DNA of 37,780 bases. It comes from a virus (Duplodnaviria > Caudoviricetes). The DNA is taken from the IMG/VR virus record IMGVR_UViG_3300004241_000313, positions 1 to 37,780 of that record; one strand, written 5' to 3'. The notes under the pieces were generated by a model. The model saw only the letters and a program-made list of their open reading frames with translations, was not told where the DNA came from and made no database searches. The position numbers were made by a program, and so were the translations under genes. Below are positions 9,767 through 18,764 of the stretch, in pieces. The stretch's first letter is position 1, and each line of letters opens with the position of its first letter.

Positions 9767-10104
9767 TATTTATCACCTCCGTCAGTAGCTGAAGCATCTG
9801 TTGTTGCTGTATCGTTAGATACAGTTTCGATAGTTGTTTCGACTGTAGTTTCGTCTTTAACTTCATCTGCCGTTGCTGTAGTTTCAGCATCAGCTTTAGC
9901 CTTGGCTGTTGTTTTAGTTTTTGCAGCAGTTGAAGTTTTTGTAGTTGTTTTTGTTGAAGTATCAGCTTCTTCTTCAATCGGAGTCAAGATATCTTCAAGT
10001 TTTTTGCCTTTATCTTCGTCAAGTTCAATGATCTCACCGATTTTATAAGTCTTGCCATTGTGAAGAAGGTTGGTATTTTTAACCGTATATTTTTTCTTAG
10101 CCAT
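9766..10104 (-). CDS. Head-associated protein with Thr/Lys/Glu low-complexity tail
   Basis: N-terminal HNGKTYKIGEIIEL small domain typical of post-capsid genes; coupled to neighbours. Confidence 0.65.
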   Translation of the reverse strand: MAKKKYTVKNTNLLHNGKTYKIGEIIELDEDKGKKLEDILTPIEEEADTSTKTTTKTSTAAKTKTTAKAKADAETTATADEVKDETTVETTIETVSNDTATTDASATDGGDK

Positions 10105-11041
10105 TATTTGCTCCTTTTGTTAAATCAACTGCGTTTGAAATCAAATACCCTGCTTCGGCACCAACAAGAAAAGGAGTATAAATATCTGTAGCCCTGATAT
10201 ATTTGACTTTGTTGCCTTCTTTTTTGTATTCATCAATTTGAAGTGCATCTTTTTTACGAACCGTATAAGCAAATGCAGGGTCATACTCTGTTCTCGAGCT
10301 TAAATTCGGAACATACGCCAAGACAATGTTATTGCCCCAAACTCGAGTAAATTTCTTATCCACACCTTCAAATATTGATTTACCGATTACAATGTTTTCG
10401 ATTTCAAAAAATTCTTTTAACAGATTAAGGGTGACGATTTTATTTTGGTTATCAGAAATCATTGTTCTTAGCTGAGTATGTCGTTTTAGTTTTTTCCAAA
10501 CATCTTGACCGATAACCATAGTGTTAGGGTCTTGACCGATTTTGTCGCTTATTGCATCTTTTGCATCATCAATTACCCCGACTGGGTCTGAATTATCATT
10601 TGAAAATTGACTTGTCCCTGAGAGAATAATTTTGTTATCAGAGGAATAACTATCCAAATTTTGAACCAGATCAGCACACTGTTTTTCGTGTTTTAACTTT
10701 AAGCCTTGAGTTACAACATTTGTAGCGTGAACTTGCAGTTTAACCTTTTTAGCTGCCTCTTCTTCTTCACGATAATCAACAGGATAGGCAAGGTCGTGCT
10801 CTGTTAAAGTGGTTGTATGTTTTGTAAAACCTTTTGGGCTGATTACGTTTGAATTAGCTCTGATTGCACGTTCTGTATCGTACATTTGGAAAGCTTCTTT
10901 GTTAAATTCAAAGATATCAATCTTTTCAAGTTCTGATTCTATTGTCGGAAACAGACTTTCTGCAATGAAAGCATTATTACTGTAACCTCTTGCTACCTCT
11001 GACAGGTATGCGTTAATTCGTAGCTCTTCTAAGCGTCCCAT
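10097..11041 (-). CDS. Major capsid protein
   Basis: 314 aa after protease gene; A.GY.N..FIAE.LFP, SDPVGVI, PNTMVIG..VW..LK.H, PAFAYT, AGYLI.NAV. Confidence 0.88.
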   Translation of the reverse strand: MGRLEELRINAYLSEVARGYSNNAFIAESLFPTIESELEKIDIFEFNKEAFQMYDTERAIRANSNVISPKGFTKHTTTLTEHDLAYPVDYREEEEAAKKVKLQVHATNVVTQGLKLKHEKQCADLVQNLDSYSSDNKIILSGTSQFSNDNSDPVGVIDDAKDAISDKIGQDPNTMVIGQDVWKKLKRHTQLRTMISDNQNKIVTLNLLKEFFEIENIVIGKSIFEGVDKKFTRVWGNNIVLAYVPNLSSRTEYDPAFAYTVRKKDALQIDEYKKEGNKVKYIRATDIYTPFLVGAEAGYLISNAVDLTKGANNG

Positions 11042-12019
11042 CTATATCTCCTTTATTTTCAATAGTGCGTCTTTAAAGGAGATATTTTCTTTTTTAGCAA
11101 GGGCTTTAGCTTGTTTGTATATCTCCACACTTTCCTCATCTGCATCTGCGTACTTTTCTTCATCAACTTTTGTAGTTGATTTTTTCTTTGTAGCAACTTC
11201 GCCAAACTCAATCTGTTTAGGCATTGCAGTGATTAAAGTTTTAAAATCCTCGATGCTGTTGGATGCTTCATCGAACTTTTTAACATTGTCCAAGTCGCAT
11301 AAAATAGAAAAAACAGCATCTTTCTGAGCAGGGGTCAAAGTCCCTGTTTCAATCTGTTTATCAATAAATTCGTTAAAATCCTTGGTTCTGAGATTGTCCT
11401 TGATGTCTTTCAATTCTTTTGCAAGTTCATCCTTGCCTGCTGCGTCATCTCTGAATTTGGCAAGCTGAATTGTCAAATCTTTAACCTGAGATTTTAAGTC
11501 CTTAATTTCTGTATTCTTTTTTGCTTTTTCTTTAAAATCTGCTACCTGCTTTGTTAAATCATCAATGGTAGCTTTTAAAGATTCTGTATCGCTATCATCT
11601 TCTTCGCCTTCTTCGATTGCAGTTTCAAAAATATATGTATCAGATTCGCCCTCTTTAAATTCGACAGCTTTCATTCCTTTTACTTGAGGGATACTTGCTC
11701 CCAAAAAAGAAACAGCCTTCAAATATGGCTTTTTACCCTCTAATTCTCTGTAAATTTCAATAGAGATTTTTTTGTATTTTCCCTGATTTACAAATTCTTT
11801 AAGGTCGTCTGATAAATCTTTAAATGTGGCTTTCAAAACTCCACCCTCAGCTTTGAGGTTTTCGACCCAACCGTACGCCGGTCCCTTTTGTTCATGGTCA
11901 AGTGTAATAGGAGCTTCGCAAAAACTCGGGTCATAGTTTTTTGCAAGTTCTTCAACTTCGGCTTTGGTAAATTTTCCTTGAGGATAATTACCTGCCTTAA
12001 ATACTTCAAAAAATTTCAT
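11042..12019 (-). CDS. Prohead protease/scaffold (Mu gpI-like)
   Basis: APITLDH, PAYGWV, YKKISIE, LKAVSFLGA..P.VKG protease domain plus charged coiled-coil C-terminus. Confidence 0.88.
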   Translation of the reverse strand: MKFFEVFKAGNYPQGKFTKAEVEELAKNYDPSFCEAPITLDHEQKGPAYGWVENLKAEGGVLKATFKDLSDDLKEFVNQGKYKKISIEIYRELEGKKPYLKAVSFLGASIPQVKGMKAVEFKEGESDTYIFETAIEEGEEDDSDTESLKATIDDLTKQVADFKEKAKKNTEIKDLKSQVKDLTIQLAKFRDDAAGKDELAKELKDIKDNLRTKDFNEFIDKQIETGTLTPAQKDAVFSILCDLDNVKKFDEASNSIEDFKTLITAMPKQIEFGEVATKKKSTTKVDEEKYADADEESVEIYKQAKALAKKENISFKDALLKIKEI

Positions 12020-12270
12020 TAAATACCTCTTTGTAACTTAGTGCTTTCAAAAATTTCAATTTATGTTCGCAGTATAAGCTCTCTTTTTGCACACTCTCAA
12101 ATGTGTTTGGGCAGTTCTTTTTTGACTGTGCAAGCCCACTGCGAAAGAGAGTGCCCACGAGAATTTGAAGTGCAATTGAGCGATGCGTTATCGTGAACAA
12201 TAAAAGAGCCGCAGAGCTCGTTTTCTTTTTGGGAGAATACGTGCAAACGGCAATGACGAAAGGATAAACT
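12020..12270. promoter_or_regulatory. Divergent late promoter region with long imperfect dyad
   Basis: Intergenic between divergent operons; TTGCAC..TCAAAT..TGGGCA mirrored by TGCCCA..ATTTGA..GTGCAA (12087-12175); candidate -10 boxes TATACT (- strand, 12071-12076) and TATCGT (+, 12189-12194). Confidence 0.6.
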
Positions 12271-12516
12271 GTGGAAATATCTCTATTATTAAAACTTTTT
12301 GAAAGTATCGGCTTCCCTGCCGTGATTTTTGTTATTTGGTATGTCTACCACAATGCACAGGTCAAAACTTTTGAAAAAATTATTTCAAATAATTTTGAAA
12401 TTCTGAAAGATTTGGTTGAAACCAATCAATACAATGTGACAGTTTTATCTCGAATCGAAAGTAAAATTGACGGCAATCTTTGGTGTCCTATTTTAAAAAG
12501 GGAGATTTCAAGATGA
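12271..12516 (+). CDS. Small membrane protein (possible holin-like)
   Basis: GTG start with AAGGA RBS; TM segment IGFPAVIFVIWYVY followed by a coiled coil. Confidence 0.6.
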   Translation: MEISLLLKLFESIGFPAVIFVIWYVYHNAQVKTFEKIISNNFEILKDLVETNQYNVTVLSRIESKIDGNLWCPILKREISR

Positions 12517-12758
12517 ATATTGAAAGAATCCAGCTAAAAGGGCAACTGGCAGAGGCTAAATCTAAATATAGAAATCTTGATATAGAGGCGGCAGGGCTTA
12601 TTCTTTTAATCCGGTCTTTGTTGAATCCTTACGAGGACGACACAACAAAGCAGGAAACTGAAAAAGCCCTTGTTTCCTTAACTCGCTTAAATGAAATAGT
12701 CACCGAACTCAGAAGATTAAAAAAGAAAATTTCTAACTTGGAGGACTATTTTGACTAA
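12513..12758 (+). CDS. Hypothetical coiled-coil phage protein
   Basis: ATG 12513 overlaps upstream TGA, GGAG RBS; coupled to terS. Confidence 0.7.
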   Translation: MNIERIQLKGQLAEAKSKYRNLDIEAAGLILLIRSLLNPYEDDTTKQETEKALVSLTRLNEIVTELRRLKKKISNLEDYFD

Positions 12759-13179
12759 GAAGGATTCCTTGGCGACTTGTGCAGAACGAATGTATGTAAT
12801 TGAGCAGATGACAATAAATGAAATTGCATCTCAGCTTAAGGTGCATGAAAAATCAATTCGCAACTGGAAAGATGAATATTCTTGGGACAACAAGCGTAAG
12901 CAATATTTGGAATCAAAACAAATGTTCCATGAGGAACTGTATAACTTTGCCCGAAAATTAATGATTTCTATTGAATACGATATGGAAAACAATGAAAAGG
13001 TTGATCCCGGCAGAATGTTTGCTTTTACAAAAATGCTCCCACTAATCACAAAAATCAAAGAATATGAAGATGAGGTTTCAAAAAAAGGAACTGAAGACAC
13101 AGGTTCAAAAGAGCTTTCACCTGAATTTATGAAAACCATAAATGAAGAATTTTTGGGGATAAAAAGCTATGAGCAATAA
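12751..13179 (+). CDS. Terminase small subunit (HTH, DUF1804-like)
   Basis: A..MYV....TINEIA..L.V...SI.NWK....W HTH directly upstream of terL. Confidence 0.78.
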   Translation: MTKKDSLATCAERMYVIEQMTINEIASQLKVHEKSIRNWKDEYSWDNKRKQYLESKQMFHEELYNFARKLMISIEYDMENNEKVDPGRMFAFTKMLPLITKIKEYEDEVSKKGTEDTGSKELSPEFMKTINEEFLGIKSYEQ

Positions 13180-14506
13180 ATACTTTTTACCCTATCAAAT
13201 GCGTTGGCTTGACGATAATTCAAAGATAAAAATATGGGAGAAATCTCGCCGTATCGGTGCAACCTATGTTCAAAGTTTTGAAGATGTAAGCGACTGTATA
13301 AACAAAAAAGTTCCTGCCGTTTGGTTTTCTTCTGCGGACGAATCTGCTGCGAAAGAATATATCGATTACTGCGAAAAATGGGTTAAATTTTTCCACGCAG
13401 TTGCTCAAAGCAGGGGTGAGATTGTTATAGATTCAGAAAAAGATATAAAAGCACTGGTAATTGAATTTAAAAACGGCACAAAAATCCACGCATTATCTTC
13501 AAATCCAAAAGGCTTCCGCTCAAAAGGCGGTAAGGTTATCCTTGATGAATTTGCTTTTCACAATAATCCTGAAGAACTTTGGAAAGCGGCTCGACCTTGT
13601 ATTACCTGGGGATTTCCTTTAAGGATTTTGTCCACTCATAACGGACAAAGCTGTTTATATTATAAATTTATCGAGCAGGTGCAAAAGGGCAAATTACATT
13701 GGAGTCATCACAAAACACCAATTCAAGTCGCTGTATCTGAAGGATTAGTTGATAAAATTATGCAGAGAAAAACCACCACTCAAGAACAAGAAGAGTGGTT
13801 GCAAAACGAAAGGGACAATTGCTTTGATGAATACACCTGGCTTCAGGAATATTGTTGTGTTGCAGTTGACGAAGCCTGTGCGTTTTTGCCGTACGACTTA
13901 ATCGTTACTTGCGAATTGGACGATATCTTAAAAGCCTTAAACGATACTCAAAATGACCTGTTTGTCGGTATGGATGTCGGCAGAAAAAAAGATTTAACAG
14001 TTATTTGGGTATTAGAAAAATTTGAAAATATTTTATACACAAGATGCGTTATCGAACTTGCCAAAATGCCTTTTCATAAGCAAGAAGAAGTTTTATCAGG
14101 TGTTTTAACCTGCCGAAATTTCAGAAGATGTTGCCCTGATTCAACAGGAATCGGAATGCAGTTAAGCGAAAACGCTCAACGTAAATTCGGGCAATATCGG
14201 GTAGAGCCTATTATGTTCACCAACCGAATAAAGGAAGAACTGGCTTATACGCTTCGAACCCATTTTGAAAACAGGACTGTTTTTATCCCAAAACAGCACG
14301 AAATTAGAGAAGACCTGCACTCAGTCAGAAGGATAACAACAGCTGCAAACAATATCCGCTTTGATGCCGACCATTCCGACAACGGACACGCAGATAGATT
14401 TTGGGCTTTAGCACTTGCTCTGCATGCAGCCGGCAACGGCTCCGGTGAAATCCATATTTCAACACGCAAAAAAATGGAAACCTTAAAAATGACAGACGGC
14501 TTTTAA
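13169..14506 (+). CDS. Terminase large subunit (Mu gp28-like)
   Basis: LPYQ..W, EKSRRIGAT Walker A, VILDEFAFH Walker B, GMDVGRKKDLT and HADRFWALALA nuclease motifs. Confidence 0.95.
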   Translation: MSNKYFLPYQMRWLDDNSKIKIWEKSRRIGATYVQSFEDVSDCINKKVPAVWFSSADESAAKEYIDYCEKWVKFFHAVAQSRGEIVIDSEKDIKALVIEFKNGTKIHALSSNPKGFRSKGGKVILDEFAFHNNPEELWKAARPCITWGFPLRILSTHNGQSCLYYKFIEQVQKGKLHWSHHKTPIQVAVSEGLVDKIMQRKTTTQEQEEWLQNERDNCFDEYTWLQEYCCVAVDEACAFLPYDLIVTCELDDILKALNDTQNDLFVGMDVGRKKDLTVIWVLEKFENILYTRCVIELAKMPFHKQEEVLSGVLTCRNFRRCCPDSTGIGMQLSENAQRKFGQYRVEPIMFTNRIKEELAYTLRTHFENRTVFIPKQHEIREDLHSVRRITTAANNIRFDADHSDNGHADRFWALALALHAAGNGSGEIHISTRKKMETLKMTDGF

Positions 14507-14550
14507 GCGAACGTTTTTAATTTTTACCACCCAATACACCTAACCCGCAT

Positions 14551-14600
14551 CAAAAAACGATTTTAAAACACGTTAAAAGGGTTTTAAAAATGGTTTTGAC
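14551..14600. repeat. Helically phased TTAAA tracts (10-11 bp period)
   Basis: TTAAA at 14563, 14573 and 14584 in the terL-portal intergenic region. Confidence 0.55.
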
Positions 14601-14621
14601 TAACTTCATAAAGGATTTTTT

Positions 14622-16043
14622 ATGACAAACAAATTATCAGACGAAATTGCAACACGAAAACGAAGCCTGAATTTTTATTCTTTAGGCTCATATTTACCTG
14701 ACCCCGATATAGTTTTGAGAAAACAGGGCAAAGATATCAAGGTTTATAAAGAACTAATGTGCGATGCTCACGTTTTTGCCTGCGTACAATCTCGAAAATC
14801 AGGGGTTATGTCACTTGAATGGGAGATAAAAAACGAATCAGAAAAGGACGAAACTACAGAAAAACTCGAGAAACTTTTAAAAAAATTAGATATTTATAAG
14901 CTGATTAACGATATTTTGGAGGCAACTTTATTCGGTTTTCAGCCGATAGAAATAATATGGGGTAAAGTTGATAACCTTATTTTACCTATCGAATTAAAGT
15001 CAAAACCGTCTGAATGGTTCTGTTTTGATGATGACAACCAACTAAAATTCAGAACAAAAGAGCATTACTACGGAGAAGAACTTCCTCCTAAGAAATTTTT
15101 ATGTCCGCAGTCAAACCCGAGCTATGAAAATCCATACGGAGAAAGAACTTTATCAAGAGTGTTCTGGCCCGTCACATTTAAAAAAGGCGGATTGAAGTTT
15201 TGGGTTATCTTTACAGAAAAATATGGAATTCCAAACCTTGTGGGCAAACATCCCCGTGGTGCAAGCAAAGAAGAAACCGACAAGCTTGCTGATTTACTTG
15301 AGGATATGGTGCAAGACGCTGTAGCTGTAATTCCTGATGACAGCTCTGTTGAAATTCAGGAGGCAAACAAATCTTCCTCTGCTGAAATCTTTGAAAAGCT
15401 GATTGATAAAATGAATGCTGAGATTTCAAAGGCTATCTTGGGTCAAACTTTGACAACGGAAATAGGTGCGAACGGAAGTTATGCAGCATCAAATACTCAC
15501 TTTGCTGTCCGTCAAGACATTATTGATTCTGACAGAAAACTTGTTGAAAAAACTATTAATCAACTCCTGCAATGGATTTATGAAATCAATTTCACTAATC
15601 AGGATGCACCTGTTTTTGAAATGTATCAGGAAGAAGATGTTGATTTAACACTGGCACAGCGAGATAAAATCATTTCTGAATGCGGCGTTAAATTCACTAA
15701 AGAATATTTTATCAAGGCTTTTGGCTATGATGCTGAAGATTTTGAAATCATAGAAAATGCCCCATCCGATTCTCAATTTTCACAGTTTAAGGAAGAACCT
15801 GAAATAGAGGGGCAAGTTCAGATTGATGAATTGTTTAAATTCCTTTCTGAAACAGAACTCAGCATTCAGGCTCAAAAGATGCTGAATCCTTTGATTTCAC
15901 TTCTTGAAACTTGCGAAAGTTTTGAAGATGCAAAAGAACTTTTGACAGATAAAAATCTTAAAAGTAAGCAATTTGAGCAATCTCTTCAAAAGGCACTTTT
16001 CTTGTGCGAACTGCAAGGGAGGTCTGATGGACTTGATGAATAA
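14622..16043 (+). CDS. Portal protein (Mu gp29, DUF935)
   Basis: DAHVFACVQSRK, FTEKYGIP..VGK, EISKAILGQTLTT, GSYAASNTH motifs. Confidence 0.95.
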   Translation: MTNKLSDEIATRKRSLNFYSLGSYLPDPDIVLRKQGKDIKVYKELMCDAHVFACVQSRKSGVMSLEWEIKNESEKDETTEKLEKLLKKLDIYKLINDILEATLFGFQPIEIIWGKVDNLILPIELKSKPSEWFCFDDDNQLKFRTKEHYYGEELPPKKFLCPQSNPSYENPYGERTLSRVFWPVTFKKGGLKFWVIFTEKYGIPNLVGKHPRGASKEETDKLADLLEDMVQDAVAVIPDDSSVEIQEANKSSSAEIFEKLIDKMNAEISKAILGQTLTTEIGANGSYAASNTHFAVRQDIIDSDRKLVEKTINQLLQWIYEINFTNQDAPVFEMYQEEDVDLTLAQRDKIISECGVKFTKEYFIKAFGYDAEDFEIIENAPSDSQFSQFKEEPEIEGQVQIDELFKFLSETELSIQAQKMLNPLISLLETCESFEDAKELLTDKNLKSKQFEQSLQKALFLCELQGRSDGLDE

Positions 16044-17169
16044 TTCTGATAACACAAAAAAAATAAAATTCCTTGATGTATTTTCCGGTATAGGCGGTTT
16101 TAAAATTGCGCTTGAAAATGTCGGATTTGAAGGCATCGGATTTTGTGACAACGATAAATACGCCGTCCAGTTATACTTGGCGTATCACAGCAAAGATAAT
16201 GAGGTTTACTATGACGATGTACGAACAATCGATACCAACCAACTCCCTGACTTTGATATCCTTTGTGCAGGATTTCCTTGTCAATCTTTTTCAATTGCAG
16301 GCAAAAGACGAGGATTTGATGACACCAGAGGCACACTCTTTTTTGAAGTCGCACGGATTTTGTCCGACAAAAAGCCCAAATACTTTATTCTCGAAAACGT
16401 TAAAGGGCTACTTAACCACGACTCTGGACGAACTTTCAGAACTATCATTAAAGTTCTCACCGACCTTGGGTATAGCGTGCAATGGCAGGTTCTTAATTCT
16501 AAGTTCTTCGGAGTTCCTCAAAACAGGGAAAGAGTGTACATTGTCGGATGTCTTGGAACAGAATGTATCGGAAAAATATTTCCTCTCACAGGAGTCGCAG
16601 AAGAGAATATTAGCGAAATCCGAAAACATCCACTAAGTACAAAAACATCCCAAGGCGACAGAGTATATGAAACTGACGGCTTAAGCACCTGCTTGACTTC
16701 AAATGGCGGGGGCTTGGGCGGTAAGACAGGTTTGTATTTCATTAATAAACCTAGATTTGATAAATACAAAGCCTCAAATATAGTTGAAACCTTAAAAGTT
16801 GGCGGCGATACACCATTGATGCGGATAAAAAACGGAACTAAAAAAGGCTACGATGAAGCAACAATCGGAGATGGAATTAACCTTGCATTCCCTAATTCAA
16901 AGACCAGAAGAGGCAGAGTTGGCAAACAAGTTTCTCAAACCTTAGACACCCACTGCAATATGGGAACGATTGATGATGATTTCAGGATAAGAAGGTTAAC
17001 CCCTACTGAATGCTTCAGGCTTCAAGGTTTCCCTGATGCAATGGTACAGCAAGCAAGAGAACTAGGGATTTCAGATTCTCAGCTTTACAAAATGGCAGGA
17101 AATGCTGTAACCGTAAATGTAGCACAAGCCGTTTCTCAGAAAATTTGGGAGGTTGAATATGGAACTTAA
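16027..17169 (+). CDS. C5 DNA cytosine methyltransferase
   Basis: Motifs I FSGIGG, IV GFPCQSFS, VI ENVKG, VIII QNRERVYIVG, IX RRLTPTEC.RLQGFPD, X GNAV; GGAGG RBS before ATG 16027. Confidence 0.95.
   Translation: MDLMNNSDNTKKIKFLDVFSGIGGFKIALENVGFEGIGFCDNDKYAVQLYLAYHSKDNEVYYDDVRTIDTNQLPDFDILCAGFPCQSFSIAGKRRGFDDTRGTLFFEVARILSDKKPKYFILENVKGLLNHDSGRTFRTIIKVLTDLGYSVQWQVLNSKFFGVPQNRERVYIVGCLGTECIGKIFPLTGVAEENISEIRKHPLSTKTSQGDRVYETDGLSTCLTSNGGGLGGKTGLYFINKPRFDKYKASNIVETLKVGGDTPLMRIKNGTKKGYDEATIGDGINLAFPNSKTRRGRVGKQVSQTLDTHCNMGTIDDDFRIRRLTPTECFRLQGFPDAMVQQARELGISDSQLYKMAGNAVTVNVAQAVSQKIWEVEYGT
16106..16636 (+). CDS. Nested +1-frame ORF, putative methyltransferase beta-like subunit (start uncertain)
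   Basis: 176 open codons inside the MTase gene, ending ECTLSDVLEQNVSEKYFLSQESQKRIL, a segment typical of C5-MTase variable regions. Confidence 0.55.
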   Translation: MRLKMSDLKASDFVTTINTPSSYTWRITAKIMRFTMTMYEQSIPTNSLTLISFVQDFLVNLFQLQAKDEDLMTPEAHSFLKSHGFCPTKSPNTLFSKTLKGYLTTTLDELSELSLKFSPTLGIACNGRFLILSSSEFLKTGKECTLSDVLEQNVSEKYFLSQESQKRILAKSENIH

Positions 17170-17917
17170 AGCCCTGTTTAAACTTTCTCCTGCTGCTGCG
17201 ATTAAATACTTCAAAGGCAAAGAAAACAAATTAACTTGGGATTGGTACGAACTTTGGCAAGATGCACACAAAAAATCTTTCACCGTAGCAAAAGCTATGA
17301 GAGAAGATGTTTTAAAGGATATTCGCTCTGCACTTGAAAAAGCACTGGAAGACGGACAAACTTTTCAATCTTTCCAAAAGGAATTAAAACCAACTTTGCA
17401 GAAAAAAGGTTGGTGGGGCGAACAATTTATCGGCGATTCTCAAGGAAATATCGAAAAAGTCCAGCTCGGTTCAATGTATCGGCTAAAAACAATTTATTCC
17501 GTAAATATGCAAACAGCATATCAAACAGGACGGTACAAGACGCAGTTTGATAACGCTGACAATCGACCATATTGGGAATATGTCTCGGTTTTAGACCAAC
17601 GTACACGCCCTGAACACGCACAATTAAGCGGACTCGTGTTTAGATATGACGACCCTTTTTGGAATTCTTTTTATCCGCCAAATGGTTGGCGATGTCGTTG
17701 CAGAGTAAGGGCTTTAGCCGATTACAACTTGAAAGAGAAAAAATTATCCGTTGATGATTCAGGCGGAAGATTATCAGAAGAAAAACAGTTGGTTTCCAAA
17801 AAGTCGGACAATTACATGCCTGTAACCGTTTATACAGACCCGCTGACAGGTAAGAAAATCGCACCTGATGTTGGGTGGTCGCATAATCCGGCGAACGGAT
17901 TGGTAAAAAAGAATTAA
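17159..17917 (+). CDS. Head morphogenesis protein (Mu gpF/gp30)
   Basis: FTVAKA, RLKTIY..N.QTAY..GR, D.RTRPEH, YPPNGWRCRCRV, PDVGW..NP motifs. Confidence 0.93.
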   Translation: MELKALFKLSPAAAIKYFKGKENKLTWDWYELWQDAHKKSFTVAKAMREDVLKDIRSALEKALEDGQTFQSFQKELKPTLQKKGWWGEQFIGDSQGNIEKVQLGSMYRLKTIYSVNMQTAYQTGRYKTQFDNADNRPYWEYVSVLDQRTRPEHAQLSGLVFRYDDPFWNSFYPPNGWRCRCRVRALADYNLKEKKLSVDDSGGRLSEEKQLVSKKSDNYMPVTVYTDPLTGKKIAPDVGWSHNPANGLVKKN

Positions 17918-17951
17918 AAGAGATTTAAAGCACATTTAAAAGGAGTTTAAA
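17903..17951. repeat. Phased TTAAA array, exact 11 bp period
   Basis: TTAAA at 17914, 17925, 17936 and 17947 (GTAAA at 17903). Confidence 0.7.
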
Positions 17952-18764
17952 ATGACTATTGATACAAAACATTTATTAAATTGGGTCGGTGGAAAAAGAT
18001 TGCTCAGAAAAACAATCGCACCACTTATCCCGACTGACATCAAATCCTACGTTGAACCTTTCGGCGGTGGCGGTTGGGTTCTGTTTTACAAACCTCGCTG
18101 GGCAGATTTAGAGATTTACAATGACTTGGACGGCAGGCTTGTAAACCTTTTCAGAGTTGTAAAATATCACCCTGAAGCATTAAAAGAAGAACTCAGATAC
18201 TTACTTGGCTCTCGTGAAATGTTTGTGCAATTTTTAAATTCAAAACCTTACACTGACATCCAAAAGGCAGTCCAATTCTTATTTTTAATCACTCGCTCCT
18301 TTGGAGGCAGAGGCGAAACATTCGGTACAGTCAAAAAATCTTCGGGCGGAGCAAGTAAAAGCCAGACAAATATTTTGTTTAAAATTGATGCAATCCACAA
18401 ACGCTTGGACAAAGTCTTGGTTGAAAACAGAGACTTTGAAAAACTGATTAAACAGTATGACCACGAAGATGCCTTTTTCTATTGTGATCCTCCATACACC
18501 TGTGGATGTGGATATGAAGTTACGACAACAGAAGGCTTTGCACATGAAAAGTTGCGAGATACTTTGAAAAATATTCAGGGTAGATTTTTACTTTCCTATG
18601 ATGATTGCCCCAAAATCCGTGAGCTGTACAAAGACTTTGAAATGATTGCAGTAGAAAGGCTAAACGGCATTAATAATAAATCAGGCGACAGGAAAAATAA
18701 AATGTTTAAGGAGCTACTGATTGCGAATTATCCAATCCAGGACCTACATAAAAATGGCGGATAA
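17952..18764 (+). CDS. DNA adenine methyltransferase (Dam/D12 class)
   Basis: WVGGK, YVEPFGGGG, YND.D..L.N, FYCDPPY, ELLIANY motifs. Confidence 0.93.
   Translation: MTIDTKHLLNWVGGKRLLRKTIAPLIPTDIKSYVEPFGGGGWVLFYKPRWADLEIYNDLDGRLVNLFRVVKYHPEALKEELRYLLGSREMFVQFLNSKPYTDIQKAVQFLFLITRSFGGRGETFGTVKKSSGGASKSQTNILFKIDAIHKRLDKVLVENRDFEKLIKQYDHEDAFFYCDPPYTCGCGYEVTTTEGFAHEKLRDTLKNIQGRFLLSYDDCPKIRELYKDFEMIAVERLNGINNKSGDRKNKMFKELLIANYPIQDLHKNGG

Noticed and set aside
9681-10048. Alternative-frame and antisense ORFs (Gln/Leu/Lys-rich; Val/Ser-rich)
   Set aside because: Explained by the low-complexity ACN codons of the Thr-rich gene.
12004-12060. Near-direct repeat CTTCAAAAAATTTCA / CTTTCAAAAATTTCA around the protease start
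   Set aside because: Short, AT-rich and imperfect; could be chance, though a translational control role is not excluded.
12006-12200. 64 aa ORF in the divergent late intergenic region
   Set aside because: Overlaps the dyad/promoter element, has no clear RBS and lacks protein-like features.
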